Shown: positions 38,441 through 49,755 of the stretch, one piece after another | Layout of the letters: the number at the start of each line of letters is the position of its first letter | Numbering within the stretch: position 1 is the first letter of the stretch | Source: Ramazzottius varieornatus | Lineage: Eukaryota > Animalia > Tardigrada | NCBI GenBank assembly: GCA_001949185.1 | Contig: BDGG01000002.1 | Coordinates: 4,020,448-4,084,447 of the forward strand | DNA: 64,000 nucleotides | Reading direction: 5' to 3' | Program-made: the position numbers and the translations under genes | The notes under the pieces: generated by a model | What the model was told of the DNA's origin: nothing | Database searches by the model: none | What the model saw: the letters and a program-made list of their open reading frames with translations, nothing else

Positions 38441-38870
38441 ATGATCGAAACTTTAAAGTACTACGCGTACTGTACAAACAACGGATGAAAATACCAGTTC
38501 ATACACTTTTTTCGTGACTTTGCCAAGATGGATTCTGGTCTTCTGATAGAACGAGTCAGTTAGCGGGACCTCAAAAGTGTCGCTGGGTTCGTGCTCAGTC
38601 TGGTTGCATGGTACATCCGAACAATCACAGGAACCCAAATACTGTCCATGATAGCTTTTGAGGTGATGGCTTTGAGACGAGAAGGATCGAGCCGAGCACG
38701 CCAAAGTCATTCTTTGCAGCGCTTTTACGGGGAGAAAACCAGCACTTCGAACTTCAGAAGCGGAACAACTTCGTCTCAGACACAGAAGAGGATCTTTCGA
38801 AGTTGCCGGGCAAAATGCACGGTACATCGTAAAACGCAACAGCGAGTAAACAAAAGGCGCTAAAACAAAC

Positions 38871-41819
38871 TCAGGAAACCACAAGTAATTTCGTGCCATG
38901 TTTTATGCGCTGGTGTTCTTCTAATCGTTCTTGACTACAATACTGTCTGGTACAGATAGTGCACACGACAGCATTAGCGAATGACTTGGCCACCTTTTCT
39001 GAGCGATCCTTCATCTGGTAATGTCGGTCAGGATGGTGAAGTCTGTCCTTGTGGCCCATGAGGTTTACTTTGCGCTTGAACCTCCTTCCGCATTCGTCAC
39101 AGCTGAAAGCGTAGACGTCCGAATGGACTAACATGTGCTTCTTCAGTTCTTCGCCTCGTTTACAGACCTTTTTGCAGATGTCGCAAAAGAGAAGTTTAAC
39201 CTTTAGATGTTGTTGTTTCATATGACGACGCATTGGAAGCCAGCTGTCGTAAATCTTGTCGCAGAGTCGACACGGAAACTTGCCATCCACCCGGTGCTTC
39301 TCACTGTGGACGTTCAAGGCCAAACCACCTAGGAAACTCTCCAGGCATACCGGACAGGAATATCCTTTCTCCTTGTGCTATAAGATGGCAACGCCACATA
39401 TTACAGTACCCGTACTATTCGATTCATAATTCAAATGACACTCTAAGCGGGGATCAGTATTTCTAACTTACGAAATTTTCATGGGATCGAAGTGCGGCCA
39501 ATGTCAGGAACTTCTTCGGACACTCTTGGCAGGCGAAGTCCTTCACGTCTTTTCCGCTGTGTAGTCTCTGCTTATGAATTTTCAGGTACTTGTCCGACCG
39601 AAGCTTCTTCCCACATTCATCACATGAGATGTAAGTGAGCCGATTATACTTCCTTTCGTGTTCCGCAGTATGTATCACCAATGCTGCTGTATGGGGGAAG
39701 TCTGTGCCACAGCCTGGACAACTCTTTGGCCCAGGCTCCTTCAGCTCTTCCGCCATCTCAGCGCCGTGTTTGGTGGCATGAATGGCCAGTAGTCCAGGGA
39801 GGCGGAAGTCAGCCCTGCAACCTTCTTCTTTGCAGCGAAACTTGTATCTGACACAACAGAAAAACCACCGTTAGTAAAAACCACAAAATGTTCATCGACG
39901 GAGCCGAATATGATACCTTTTATGATCGGCTAACAGTTTCGCCGCAGATGGCAGCTGCGCAGTGCGAAGGACTGTATCGACTTCTAGCGGCCCTTTTCCT
40001 TTTATCTCTCTGTCCTCTCGAGTTTCTGGACGTTTTCCCTTTCTAACTTTAGCCACGTTGCTAGCAAATTCTTCCGCTAGCGTATCATCGAGCTCATATA
40101 CCGCCGTAGTTTGTTTCGCCTTTGGCATCCTCTTCTTCTTTGATTGCATTTCGAGGTTTAGAAGACTTCGCGCAAGTAGCTCGTTCTCTAGCAGATTACT
40201 TTCGACTGCACCGCAAACCGTCTCATCAATCGGATGTTGCGAAAGGTTCTTTTTCGGTTTCGCCACTCTTTTTTTCCGGAGCTTTATGGGCGGCTCGTCC
40301 TCGACCTCCACGAGCACAGGATCTTCCGCTCCTGGCAGAGTCGAATCCAACTGGAGAAGTTTCTTGGGGACTCTCGGTAACTTCAACGAACGCCCCTCGG
40401 GCAGAGACCGCTTCTTCCGCTTCTTGACTTCACTCGGTGGAGGCTGGTCTTCAACTCTTTTCTTGTAGGGGCCCCTCTTCTTCCTCTGAGTGATTCCCTC
40501 GTTTTCTTCCGGCTTCCTTCTTCCGAGAGAAACAGCGGAGATTCGGTTCATTTCTGAACTGTCCAGCGGCGTATCAGCATCCGTCAAACTGATGCCGGTT
40601 TCGTCCAGCTGTGCGTCGACGGAAGGTATGAATAGCACACCAGCATCCACAGAGTCTTTCCCATAATGCAGAGCTTTGTCCTGGCTGGACTCGTTAAAGC
40701 CGTTGTCAGTCTTCTGAACCAAGTTCGCAAGGACATTCAGCTGTAAGGGCAGTTGTGGTATGAAGAGAACGATGGGCTGCGGCGTTTCGGAAGGACTAGG
40801 CATAATACTTCTGGGCAGTATTCTTCGTAGACCGTCACCAAAAGCCTCGGGAGAACTCTGCGGTTCTTCGCGTCTTCTCTTCTTTCCTGAACGCTTCGGT
40901 GGGTTTAGTGCTGAGAGCGGGTCGTACTTGAAGGGAAGATTCTTATGCGACAGTATCCTACCCCTGCCACGAGGTTGGGCGGCAATCGGCTCCTCGTTGA
41001 CAGCTGCACTGGGCGGGCCTACGAGGAGTTCCCCAACATCGGTGTCTTTTCCAATGGACTTTGCGTACTATAAGCAAAATGGAATGTTCTCAAGAGGGAC
41101 GGAGGGGAAAGCAGTATGGTTGCCAAAGCTTACTGTAGGAGAGTATCCGACACAGAGTTCGTCTCCTTCAGTGAGTGGCTTCAGCACTGTGAAGTAGATG
41201 GACTTTCCATGTTGATAGGCCATCGCATTAACCTCGCTCGATCTATATGAACGGCGCACATACTTCATCCAGTTGCACAGATCGTCCGAGTCCAGACGGT
41301 AATGCATGATGGTGCCATCCACGACCTGGCCGAAGACGAAACGACGGAATTCGGATGGTTGGGAGAGGACACCAACTAGTGGTCCGTAGACTGTTCCGGC
41401 TGGGATCGCTCTCCGTGCGAAAACGCGTCTTGAACCTTTCGTGCCTAGAACGGACACATCTTTGTCATGAGCTAAGTCAGCTGATATGCAGGCTAAATTG
41501 TACTGACCCTGAAACTCAGATGGGCGACTTGGGGTGGGGTATAAGATCATACGAAAGACCAGCTGCGATGGTAGACTGGATATCGCTCGAGGGATTGTCT
41601 CGTCAGGTACCAGATTTTGGCAATAAGATATGCAAGGACCATTCTCCAGTTCCTGACAGGAAATACAACCTAGAAAGAGGTAACACAAGGCACATCACAC
41701 AACATCAGTATCAGCATCAGCGGCTACCAGCTACAAAGTTGTCTCAGACTTAGCGACTTACGGGCAGCTTCCAAATGGCCACTCGTCTTTTCCATCGTGT
41801 CCGTTAGGAGCTGCTCCAT
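38871..41819 (-). CDS. PR/SET-domain C2H2 zinc-finger protein (PRDM10/15-like), copy 1
   Basis: Zinc-knuckle-like CISCQELENGPC, RAISSLPSQL, PR domain VYGPL...CNWMKYVR...AYQHGKSIYF...ELCVGYS, a Lys-rich linker and about nine C2H2 fingers. Confidence 0.85.
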
Positions 41820-42192
41820 TAAGACTGTCTCACAGTTGCTCCATTCGACAGTCACAAAAAACGGAAGAAGAAGTTTTCTGAAGTGTTTCCACTTTCTAGC
41901 GCGAAATGCGGACAATCAATTCGATTACTGCGTCCGTCGATCAGTCAAACCAATACCAAAACATTCATCCACCGAAACTACGTCATGAGCCGCATTATCC
42001 GGAAGCCACCTATAGCTTATTTCACATGCATACGATCTTGACTTCGTCGCCGTTTCCTTTTGTCGGGTTATCGTCTTTCGGCTGGAACACTCTGAAGATC
42101 TGGAGCTTGAACTACGCGTGTACATTGTACTATTGGCTGCAGCATCGATTCATTCTGCTTTGGCATCTCTTTTGTCGTCTGAGGCAGCCGAG

Positions 42193-43856
42193 ATGAGCCG
42201 TAAAAAGGTGTGGTATGAGTCGAAGTACCTCCGGAAACGAGCTGCATTCCTGCTGGAAGATGCCGACCTGATTCCCACTGATGTTTCGTTCCGTGTTGGC
42301 AGGGAAGACAGGGCAGTGCTTGTTCATGGACACAGGTAAGAACCGGCTTACGGTTACATAGAGAAGGCTTCTGTATAGTTCCTTGAAAACGTAACTGAAG
42401 TTAACGGTTAATCCCACTGTAGTCCTTTTTTTCAAAATGTAGCGCGGTCTGAGGAACTCACTGTACACGTGTATTGCTATCTTTTTGCAGCTATGCGTAT
42501 TCGGATAGCTTCGCTTGTGTAAGCGTCGAGAACGTTGACGCTTCACTGCTATGCGTTCCTTCAGAGCAGCATCGGAGCGGATACGGCCATCTCGTTCTGG
42601 TGCAAGGCACCCTGGCTTAGGTTTCCGAGCTCGCTTTAGCCTCGGTTACCTCAGCCTTGCTGTGTCATTGGTTTGCGTTTTACACAGTACTGTAATAACT
42701 GCTGATTGACCGTAGATGTTTATTTCAGGCTCGGGAAATTGCGGACGTTGTTGGGGAGGAGCAATGTGTGGCTGAAATCAAGCGTAACGCAGCTCAAGTC
42801 GTTCTGTCGAAAGAGTTTCTGGGGTTCTGATTCGGTCGTACCTCTTCTGTTGTTGACTTGTTGTTACTAACCTTATCTTCTAACGTTGTAGCTGGAAAGG
42901 TCGTCAGGAGCAAAGAGACAACACCCCAGTGGAATTCAGGAGGAAGCGCCGGAAGAATGACGGTATTTTGCAGCATATTTGCTTTAGGCTGTTCAATCCC
43001 GAGAAGCTTGCTGCTGGCCCTGTTATGGTGAGTCGCAACTTGCAACCACTGCGTATTGAAATTTATATCCTGACCCGTGTGAAAACTCGTTCAACATGCC
43101 CAGACTCATTCAGTTGACGATAGATTTTTATCTTCTTAGGATGGAGTGTTTTCGGAGAAGGACATGCATGAGCTTTATGTTCATGCGTTCGGTGCTAAAG
43201 AGCTGACGAGTTTCCACTCCAGCACAAGAGTTGCGATTCCTTCGTTCTTCTTGACAGTCAGAATATTTGTTTCAACCTTGGAAACCAGGTGACGACGATT
43301 ACATGCAACGGAATCTCTTCGACACGATGAAGATCGTCATTTGGGTCCGATGTGGCACCTAAAGCTTGTCAGCTGCTTCGAAAAAGTGTGGAGGCTGAAA
43401 CGGCCTTGTTTTTCGAACTTACCCTGACAGCGGATCGCTACACGAGTTTTTCCAGAAAGAAGAGGGTGTCTAACTGACGGGACTGTCGACGAAGCGTCTG
43501 ATCCCGGTGAGACCGGCGACATTGACGAGAAGACTCTGCTGTGGCCAGCACCTGGAATGGTATGCTTGAAATTCAATGATGGTGTACCCTGTTTGACACT
43601 CCTGTCAACGAACGAGCTTCAGCTGGACGGCAAAAGCCTCGAAACCACGTTTGGGGTGAGCGGCGAATGCGGGATGGTTGTCGGGAAAGCTCTGAACGGC
43701 CCAGGGGAACATTTGATCCAGTTAGAAACATTTGACGATGCGGCTGCAGATGACTTTGGCCTGTCTGAAGAAGACGACGGAAGACCCTGGATAGGAACCC
43801 AGACATTCTCTCGTTTTCGACACTTCGCATGTATTCTGCTCGACGAGAAAGACTAG
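42193..43856 (+). pseudogene. BTB-BACK gene (BTBD3/6-like), decayed copy A
   Basis: Exon 1 gives TDVSFRVG...VHGH; the BTB-core exons seen in copy B are missing; stop in VVLSKEFLGF*; ILQHICFRLF and the C-terminus are homologous to copy B. Confidence 0.7.
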
Positions 43857-44062
43857 CTAGTTATTGTTTGTAGACTGTAGTTCCATCTCATTAATTACTT
43901 AGCAGATTTCCACGGGCGCTTATGGTTCTTGGAATTTACTGTGGTGTGTTATCTGGAAGAGAGAGAAGTGTACACTTCAAGTCGAAGAGGGACTGCGTTA
44001 ACTTCGAGTGAAATTTGATTAGGTACACGTACGTGTGGAGAGCGCTGCTTTCCTTTCATCAC

Positions 44063-46708
44063 TCAGCAGCCATGTTTAATCATCTGGTGTTCTGCTAATC
44101 GTTCTTGACTGCTGTACTCTCGATTACAGTAAATACAGGTAAAGGAATTTGCAATGGTCTTCGAGAACTTTTCCAAGCGTTCCTTCATGAGTTTCGTCCT
44201 GCACTTTGGTTGGTGATTTGACAAGGCCGCCTTCTGCCTGAACTTCCTCCCGCAGTCGTCGCAGCTGAAGCTCTCCGCAGTTGGTGCGACGGAATGGACT
44301 CCCATGTGCCTAGCCAACTCGGCTTTGCCCCTGCATGATTTCTTGCAAGTACTACAAGGGTAGGTTTTCTTGAACTCTCTGACTTTGAGATGCGTTTGCT
44401 TCATGTGACGACTAAGGATCAGCCAGCTGTCGTAGACTTTGAGGCACACCCGACAAGGAAACTTCCCATCCACCCGGTGCACTTCGCTGTGGACATTTAG
44501 CAGCATGGAACCACTGAACATTTGCGTACATACCGGACATACGAAGCCTTTTTCCTTGTGCTGCAAGAAAAAGGACAGGCCATGTAACAAATACCTAGTG
44601 GGACGTGAGCAAACGAACTGACCCAGATTACTTTCCCAAGTGGCGCATACTTCCAGCTAACAACAATGATAACATGCTCCGCTTGAGACAGCGATCTGGT
44701 TCAGTCCATTTGTTCACGTCCCATTTCGTTCCCGTCAAGAAAAGGCTAGCCTAGAAAGTTTCCAACGTACGAAGTTTTCATGCGAGCGCAGTGCCGCAAA
44801 TGTGAGGAACTTCTTCTGGCACTGCTTACACGAAAATTCTCTGATCACTTCTCCACTATGTAGTTGCTGCTTGTGGACTACCAAAGACTCTTCTGACCGG
44901 AACTTCTTCCCACATTGATCACAAGAGATCTTGCGTAGACGACGATAGTGTCTTTCGTGCTCCGCGATATGTCTCACCAAGACCGTTGCATCGGGGAACC
45001 TTGTCTCACAGCCCGGGCAGCTCTTTGGACCTGGCTCCTTGAGGTCTTGCGGTATCTCTGCTCCGTGCTTCGTGGCGTGAATGGCTAACAGCCCTGGTAG
45101 ACGAAAGTCAGCCGTGCAGTCTTCTTCCGGACATGGATACTTGTACCTTCGACAGAAACCCCGGCGTTAAGTTGATATATCCACCGAACAGAGACAGAAA
45201 TTCAGATGGGACCGGGCAAAAGAACTGAGCCAGATCGCTGTTTCAAGTGGCGCACATTGTCATTGTTATTGGCGGGGAGAGTACGCCACTTGGGGAAACA
45301 AATCATTGCTCAGGGCGCAAATATGAATACCGGTATAAGCTGTTTACTCCGGTTGTACCTTACCATCGATTCGCAGCCAGTAGTTTAGACGCAGATGGCA
45401 GCTTGAAGTTCTGTGTCAGCTTCTCCACTTCTAATAGTGGCTTCTCACGTTTCGTAACCCGTACGTTTTCTTCTTGCTGTTTCGGTTTTCGCTGTCTCTT
45501 TCCTTTCCTCGGCTCTTCATCTTCGCTGTACAGTTTTTCGTCCGAGTGCTCATCTTTCTCAGCCTTCGATTTCGGTATTGATCTCTTTTTTTTGTTGGAA
45601 GACTGTGAATAGAGTGTGCAATAAACACTGTTGCATGCGCATGGTTCTCGACAGTATCTGAGATTATATACCTTGTCAGCTTCCTGGTGCACTTCCGGTG
45701 GACCATCAGCGACTTTCCTCTTCCGCTTCGCAACTTCCTTCTTCCGAGGTTCTAAGACCGTCTTCGAGGCGAAAGGTGGTAAAGAAACGTCGGTATCGGA
45801 ATCTGAAAGACCATCCACATCGCCATCTGCGTCCGAAGTAACCTTCCCCATGGAGGTCGCATACTGGAACAGATCAAATGCCTTTCATTGAAAGGAGTAA
45901 TGGAAATCGGACCGACTGCATTTGCCAAAAGGCCGAATTCCTAACACAAAGTTAGGTAAGTGGAGTATGGGAACGCGCTGAAATGGGTGACATACCGCAC
46001 GAGAATATCCAACGCAGAGTTCGACACCGGCGGACAGTCCATTGACCACGCTGAAGTAGACGGAGTTCCCATGCTGGTAAGCCATCAGATTAGCCTCAGT
46101 TGGAGTGTCGGCTAGACGGACATACTTCATCCAGTTGCACATCATGTCAGAGTCCAGACAGTAGTCTCTTACGTTGCCATCCACGACGACACCAAACTGA
46201 GAAGAGCAGCGCTTCCTCTTTTCCGAACCAAGGGAAGCAGCTAAGGGTCCGTAAACTGCCCCAGCCGGAATGCTTCGACGTGCGAATACTCGCCTTGACT
46301 CTCCCATACCTGGAACATACAGAACAACCTTTTGAATGACCGAAATTCAAGCTTTGGTGAACAGCGATCGCTCCTTACCTTCGTGTTCGTCGTCAGAACT
46401 AGTGATCTCAGACTGGGCATCAGAACACTGAATGACACGAAAAGCCAGCTGTGATGGCAGAGTGCATATCGCTCGCGAGAACTCCTCGTCGGGCACCAGG
46501 TATGGGCAGTGTTTCACACAAGGTCCATTCTCCTGGTCTCGACAAGAACCACAACCTGGAGGCAAAAACCAGTACGTGATGGCTATGATGATGGTGAGTG
46601 AAAAACGGGAAGGCCGAGGATCTCGTCAGGACGAGCACATATTGCACAGTACTTACGGGTTAAGTGTTCCGATCTCGCTTCGGCTGCACCAGTAGGATGT
46701 TGTTCCAT
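44063..46708 (-). CDS. PR/SET-domain C2H2 zinc-finger protein (PRDM10/15-like), copy 2
   Basis: Start MEQHPTG; CGSCRDQENGPCVKHC; PR domain CNWMKYVR/AYQHGNSVYF/ELCVGYS; about nine fingers; exon structure shared with copies 1 and 3. Confidence 0.85.
44600..44722. mobile_element. Family A element, full-length (about 123 bp), in PRDM copy 2 intron 44561-44770
   Basis: Outer arms GGGACGTGAGCAAACGAACTGACCCAGAT and ATCTGGTTCAGTCCATTTGTTCACGTCCC plus core CCCAAGTGGCGCA. Confidence 0.8.
45206..45315. mobile_element. Family A element in PRDM copy 2 intron 45147-45363
   Basis: ATGGGACCGGGCAAAAGAACTGAGCCAGATCGCTGTTTCAAGTGGCGCAC...GTACGCCACTTGGGGAAACAAATC. Confidence 0.75.
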
Positions 46709-46889
46709 CGAGATTCCGTCCCTCGACGCCCATCAGTGTTCAGCAAGTTCTTAAGACGGAATACAGCTCAAATTACAGGTTTTTTGCTAGCCAGAGATGA
46801 CTGAGGTGAATGTGATGCTCGAAAGTCGAAATTTCGGAGCATGACTTGCATGACGATAACATAACATGACCAGCATGAATGTTAATAAG

Positions 46890-47337
46890 TACCACGCACG
46901 GCGGATAATTATGGGACACTAAAATTTATGGGACAGGCCTTTTCGCTACGGCGGCACGGGCAGGTGATTCTTACTACAAGTACAAACCAGCACTGAAGGC
47001 TGCTTTGATGTACGTGCTGAATAGTAGAAAGCGCATCCTTCAAGACTTTTTCGGTGTACCGTCGAGGTCACTTGATCTTGAAGGGCTGGGACATTATGGA
47101 AACAGAAACGATATGAATTCGAGAGCGTCTCTGGAAGAAAGTAAATAAGCAATCCGCATCCTCGAAGCGCAAAAGTTAAACAGCTGATCGGCTGATGGGC
47201 ACTGTTCCGTGACAATTTCACTGCGTTACGTCATACGCTCGATTTGCATTTTAGGCTCGCATTCAGGATGTAAATTTGCCGTTCTTTCCGCCTGTACCAT
47301 AATTTTTAGTGTCCCATAATTACCTACCGTGCGTGTA
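46890..47337. mobile_element. About 450-bp MITE with roughly 48-bp terminal inverted repeats, TA-flanked (Tc1/mariner-like)
   Basis: CACGCACGGCGGATAATTATGGGACACTAAAATTTATGGGACAGGC pairs with GCCTGTACCATAATTTTTAGTGTCCCATAATTACCTACCGTGCGTG. Confidence 0.75.
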
Positions 47338-47561
47338 CTAGTGTTACACAGTTAGTGAATGTAGTACCGCCGGTCCGCCGGAAGTGCAAAAAAGCTTTAT
47401 TATTCAGGTGAAGTCCCTCGACACCGTTAATCTTTCATGCTTTCATCACTCCTCTCAGAGGTGCAGTCTTCATTGATACCGTGTGATCGAATCACCAGCA
47501 TTCGATACTGTCTGTGTGAGAACCCCGCTAAGGAATTGCCGATCGCTCTTCACTCGAGAAG

Positions 47562-49450
47562 ATGGCGGCGCCGCGCAAGAAGCTTTGGCATGAGTCGAAA
47601 TATCTCCGGAAGCGAGCTGCTTTCTTGCTGGACGACGTGGATCTCATCCCTACCGATGTATCTTTTCGCGTAGGCAAAGGCCAGAACGCAGTACTCATTC
47701 ATGGACACAAGTGAGTGTTTCCGATTATGACTTCCATACATGCTGTTTCTCGCAGAAGTTGATCAACTTGAAAACTTCGGACGAAAGATTGCCTTTGATG
47801 CAGGATATTCTACGCTCTGGTCAGCCCTGTATTCCAGGCGATGTTGTTCGGAAGTTTGGACGAGCAGAAGTCTATAGTCATACCGGATGTTACCTCCGAG
47901 GCGTTCCAGTGCCCGAAAACGTATGTTTCGAAAGTCGAAGAGGGAGGCGCTTTGTATAGTGATGTAGATCATGTCCCAGGTTTTCTGATTTTTAATATTC
48001 TCAGTACGAGTACTCGTAGTTATGCTTTACAGGTACGCTTACTCGGACAGTTTCGCTCCTGTTTGGGCGGATAACGTGATGGATGGCCGCGTCGAAAAAA
48101 TACATGATAAACTAACTCACGCGATACTGCTATGAGTTCATTCAAAACAAGATCACTGCAGAAACTGCGATTGCCTTCTGGCGCAAAGTAAAAGAACTTA
48201 TGGATTATTTGCTCAGACAAATTAGCACATACAGTATTGACAGAAAATATATGGAATTTTGATTCTAGTCTCAGGAAATTTCGGACGGTATCGTTGAGAA
48301 GCAGAGTTTATCCGAAATCAAGCGCAGCGCGGCCAAGGTGGTCTTGTCGGAGGAGTTTCTGGATCTTGACGAAGCTCGATTGATCGATCTGACGATCTGG
48401 AGCGACCTGAACATCCGAGAACCCGACCTGTACAGTGCCGTCAAGAAGTGGGTATCACTATCATTAGAAGGCCCGAATATATTTCGCAAGCTAAGTTAAG
48501 GAGTTACATTTCTTATTGCAATTTACAGGTGGGAAATCCACCAAGTAGCAGTCAAGCGTTTGGCAGAGCCAAGGAAGAAGCGACGAAAGAACGACGGCAT
48601 CTTGCAGCATATCCGCTTTGGGCTGTTCACATCCGAAGAATTGGCTTCCGGTCCTGTCACGGTACAGTTTTGAAGCCATTTTTCTTTCAAGTAATTTTGT
48701 CATGCATTGATGGTTTCTGGGGACGATAGGATGGTGTGTTTACCGAAGAGGATCTACATGAGTTTTTTCTCCATGCGTTCGGAGCCAAACAACTGACCAC
48801 TTTCAAGCCTGAGAACAGAAGCTCCCACTCCGCCTTCACTTTGTCCATCAAAGTTTTCGTTTCCAACAACTTGGTGAATTTTGCTGCAAGGAATATGAGA
48901 TGGCAGTTGTTTGACACGTTGGAAGTCATAGTTTTGGCAGACGTGGCGCCGAAAGTTTGCCAGCTTCTGCGGGAGATTGTGGAGGGGGACCATCGACTGG
49001 AACTGTCGGTTTCGGTGGGACCGGTCGACAACGTTGCAATGGAAAGGAAAGCGACCGGTTGCCGTAGTATGGAATCAATATCGATCGAGATCCAGAGCTG
49101 CTGCCTGAAAGAGCCGTTGATATGGAAAAGAGAAGTGAACTGTGGGCGGGAGGTGCCGCAGTGTCTTTCCGTCTCAGCAGTGAAGGATGCCCGCAGCTGG
49201 CATTACTCGCTCCTAATTCGGTGAAGCTGGAAGGCAAAGAACCCGAAAGTCGCTTTAAATCGACCTCAGCGGTGTCGTTGTCGGACAAGCTTAGAAAGAA
49301 CCACCTGGTAAACACTGGGATCCGATGATGGCGTATCTGAATTCCGCACTAGACGATTTCGGCCTGCAAAACGAAGACAAAAAGCGTCCGTGGTTGGGGT
49401 CTCAAGAGTTTGCGTTTTCTGAGCGCTTCAAATGCCAGCTGATCGACTAG
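47562..49450 (+). pseudogene. BTB-BACK gene (BTBD3/6-like), copy B, with frameshifts and an in-frame stop
   Basis: TDVSFRVG...IHGHK, SPVFQAMLFG, IPDVTSEAF; exon 3 is frameshifted and reads ASKKYMIN*L; BACK segment SEEFLDLD...REPDLYSAVKKW, HIRF; further frame changes near 49100-49330. Confidence 0.7.
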
Positions 49451-49755
49451 TGCTCAGCAAGTCCGAAGTGATACCTTCATGGACCATTGAACGTAGGAGA
49501 TCGTCTTTAGTTGTTCCTCTTTCCATGTTTAGGTTCTAACTCTTCCTTAAGCGGAAGTTCCGCCTTTCCTCCTGAAAATTATTTCATACAGAGCTGCAGC
49601 GCTCGGTGCCGTGAACGTCGTTCATAAAACAGAACCCGATGATGTTACTCAGTTCACCGTATCAGTACCACGACGCTACTCCCCAACAAGCGAATCCATC
49701 TTTTCGTTCTAATCCATAGTGTAGACAACGTTCGAAAAAAGCAAGCCAGTAGATA

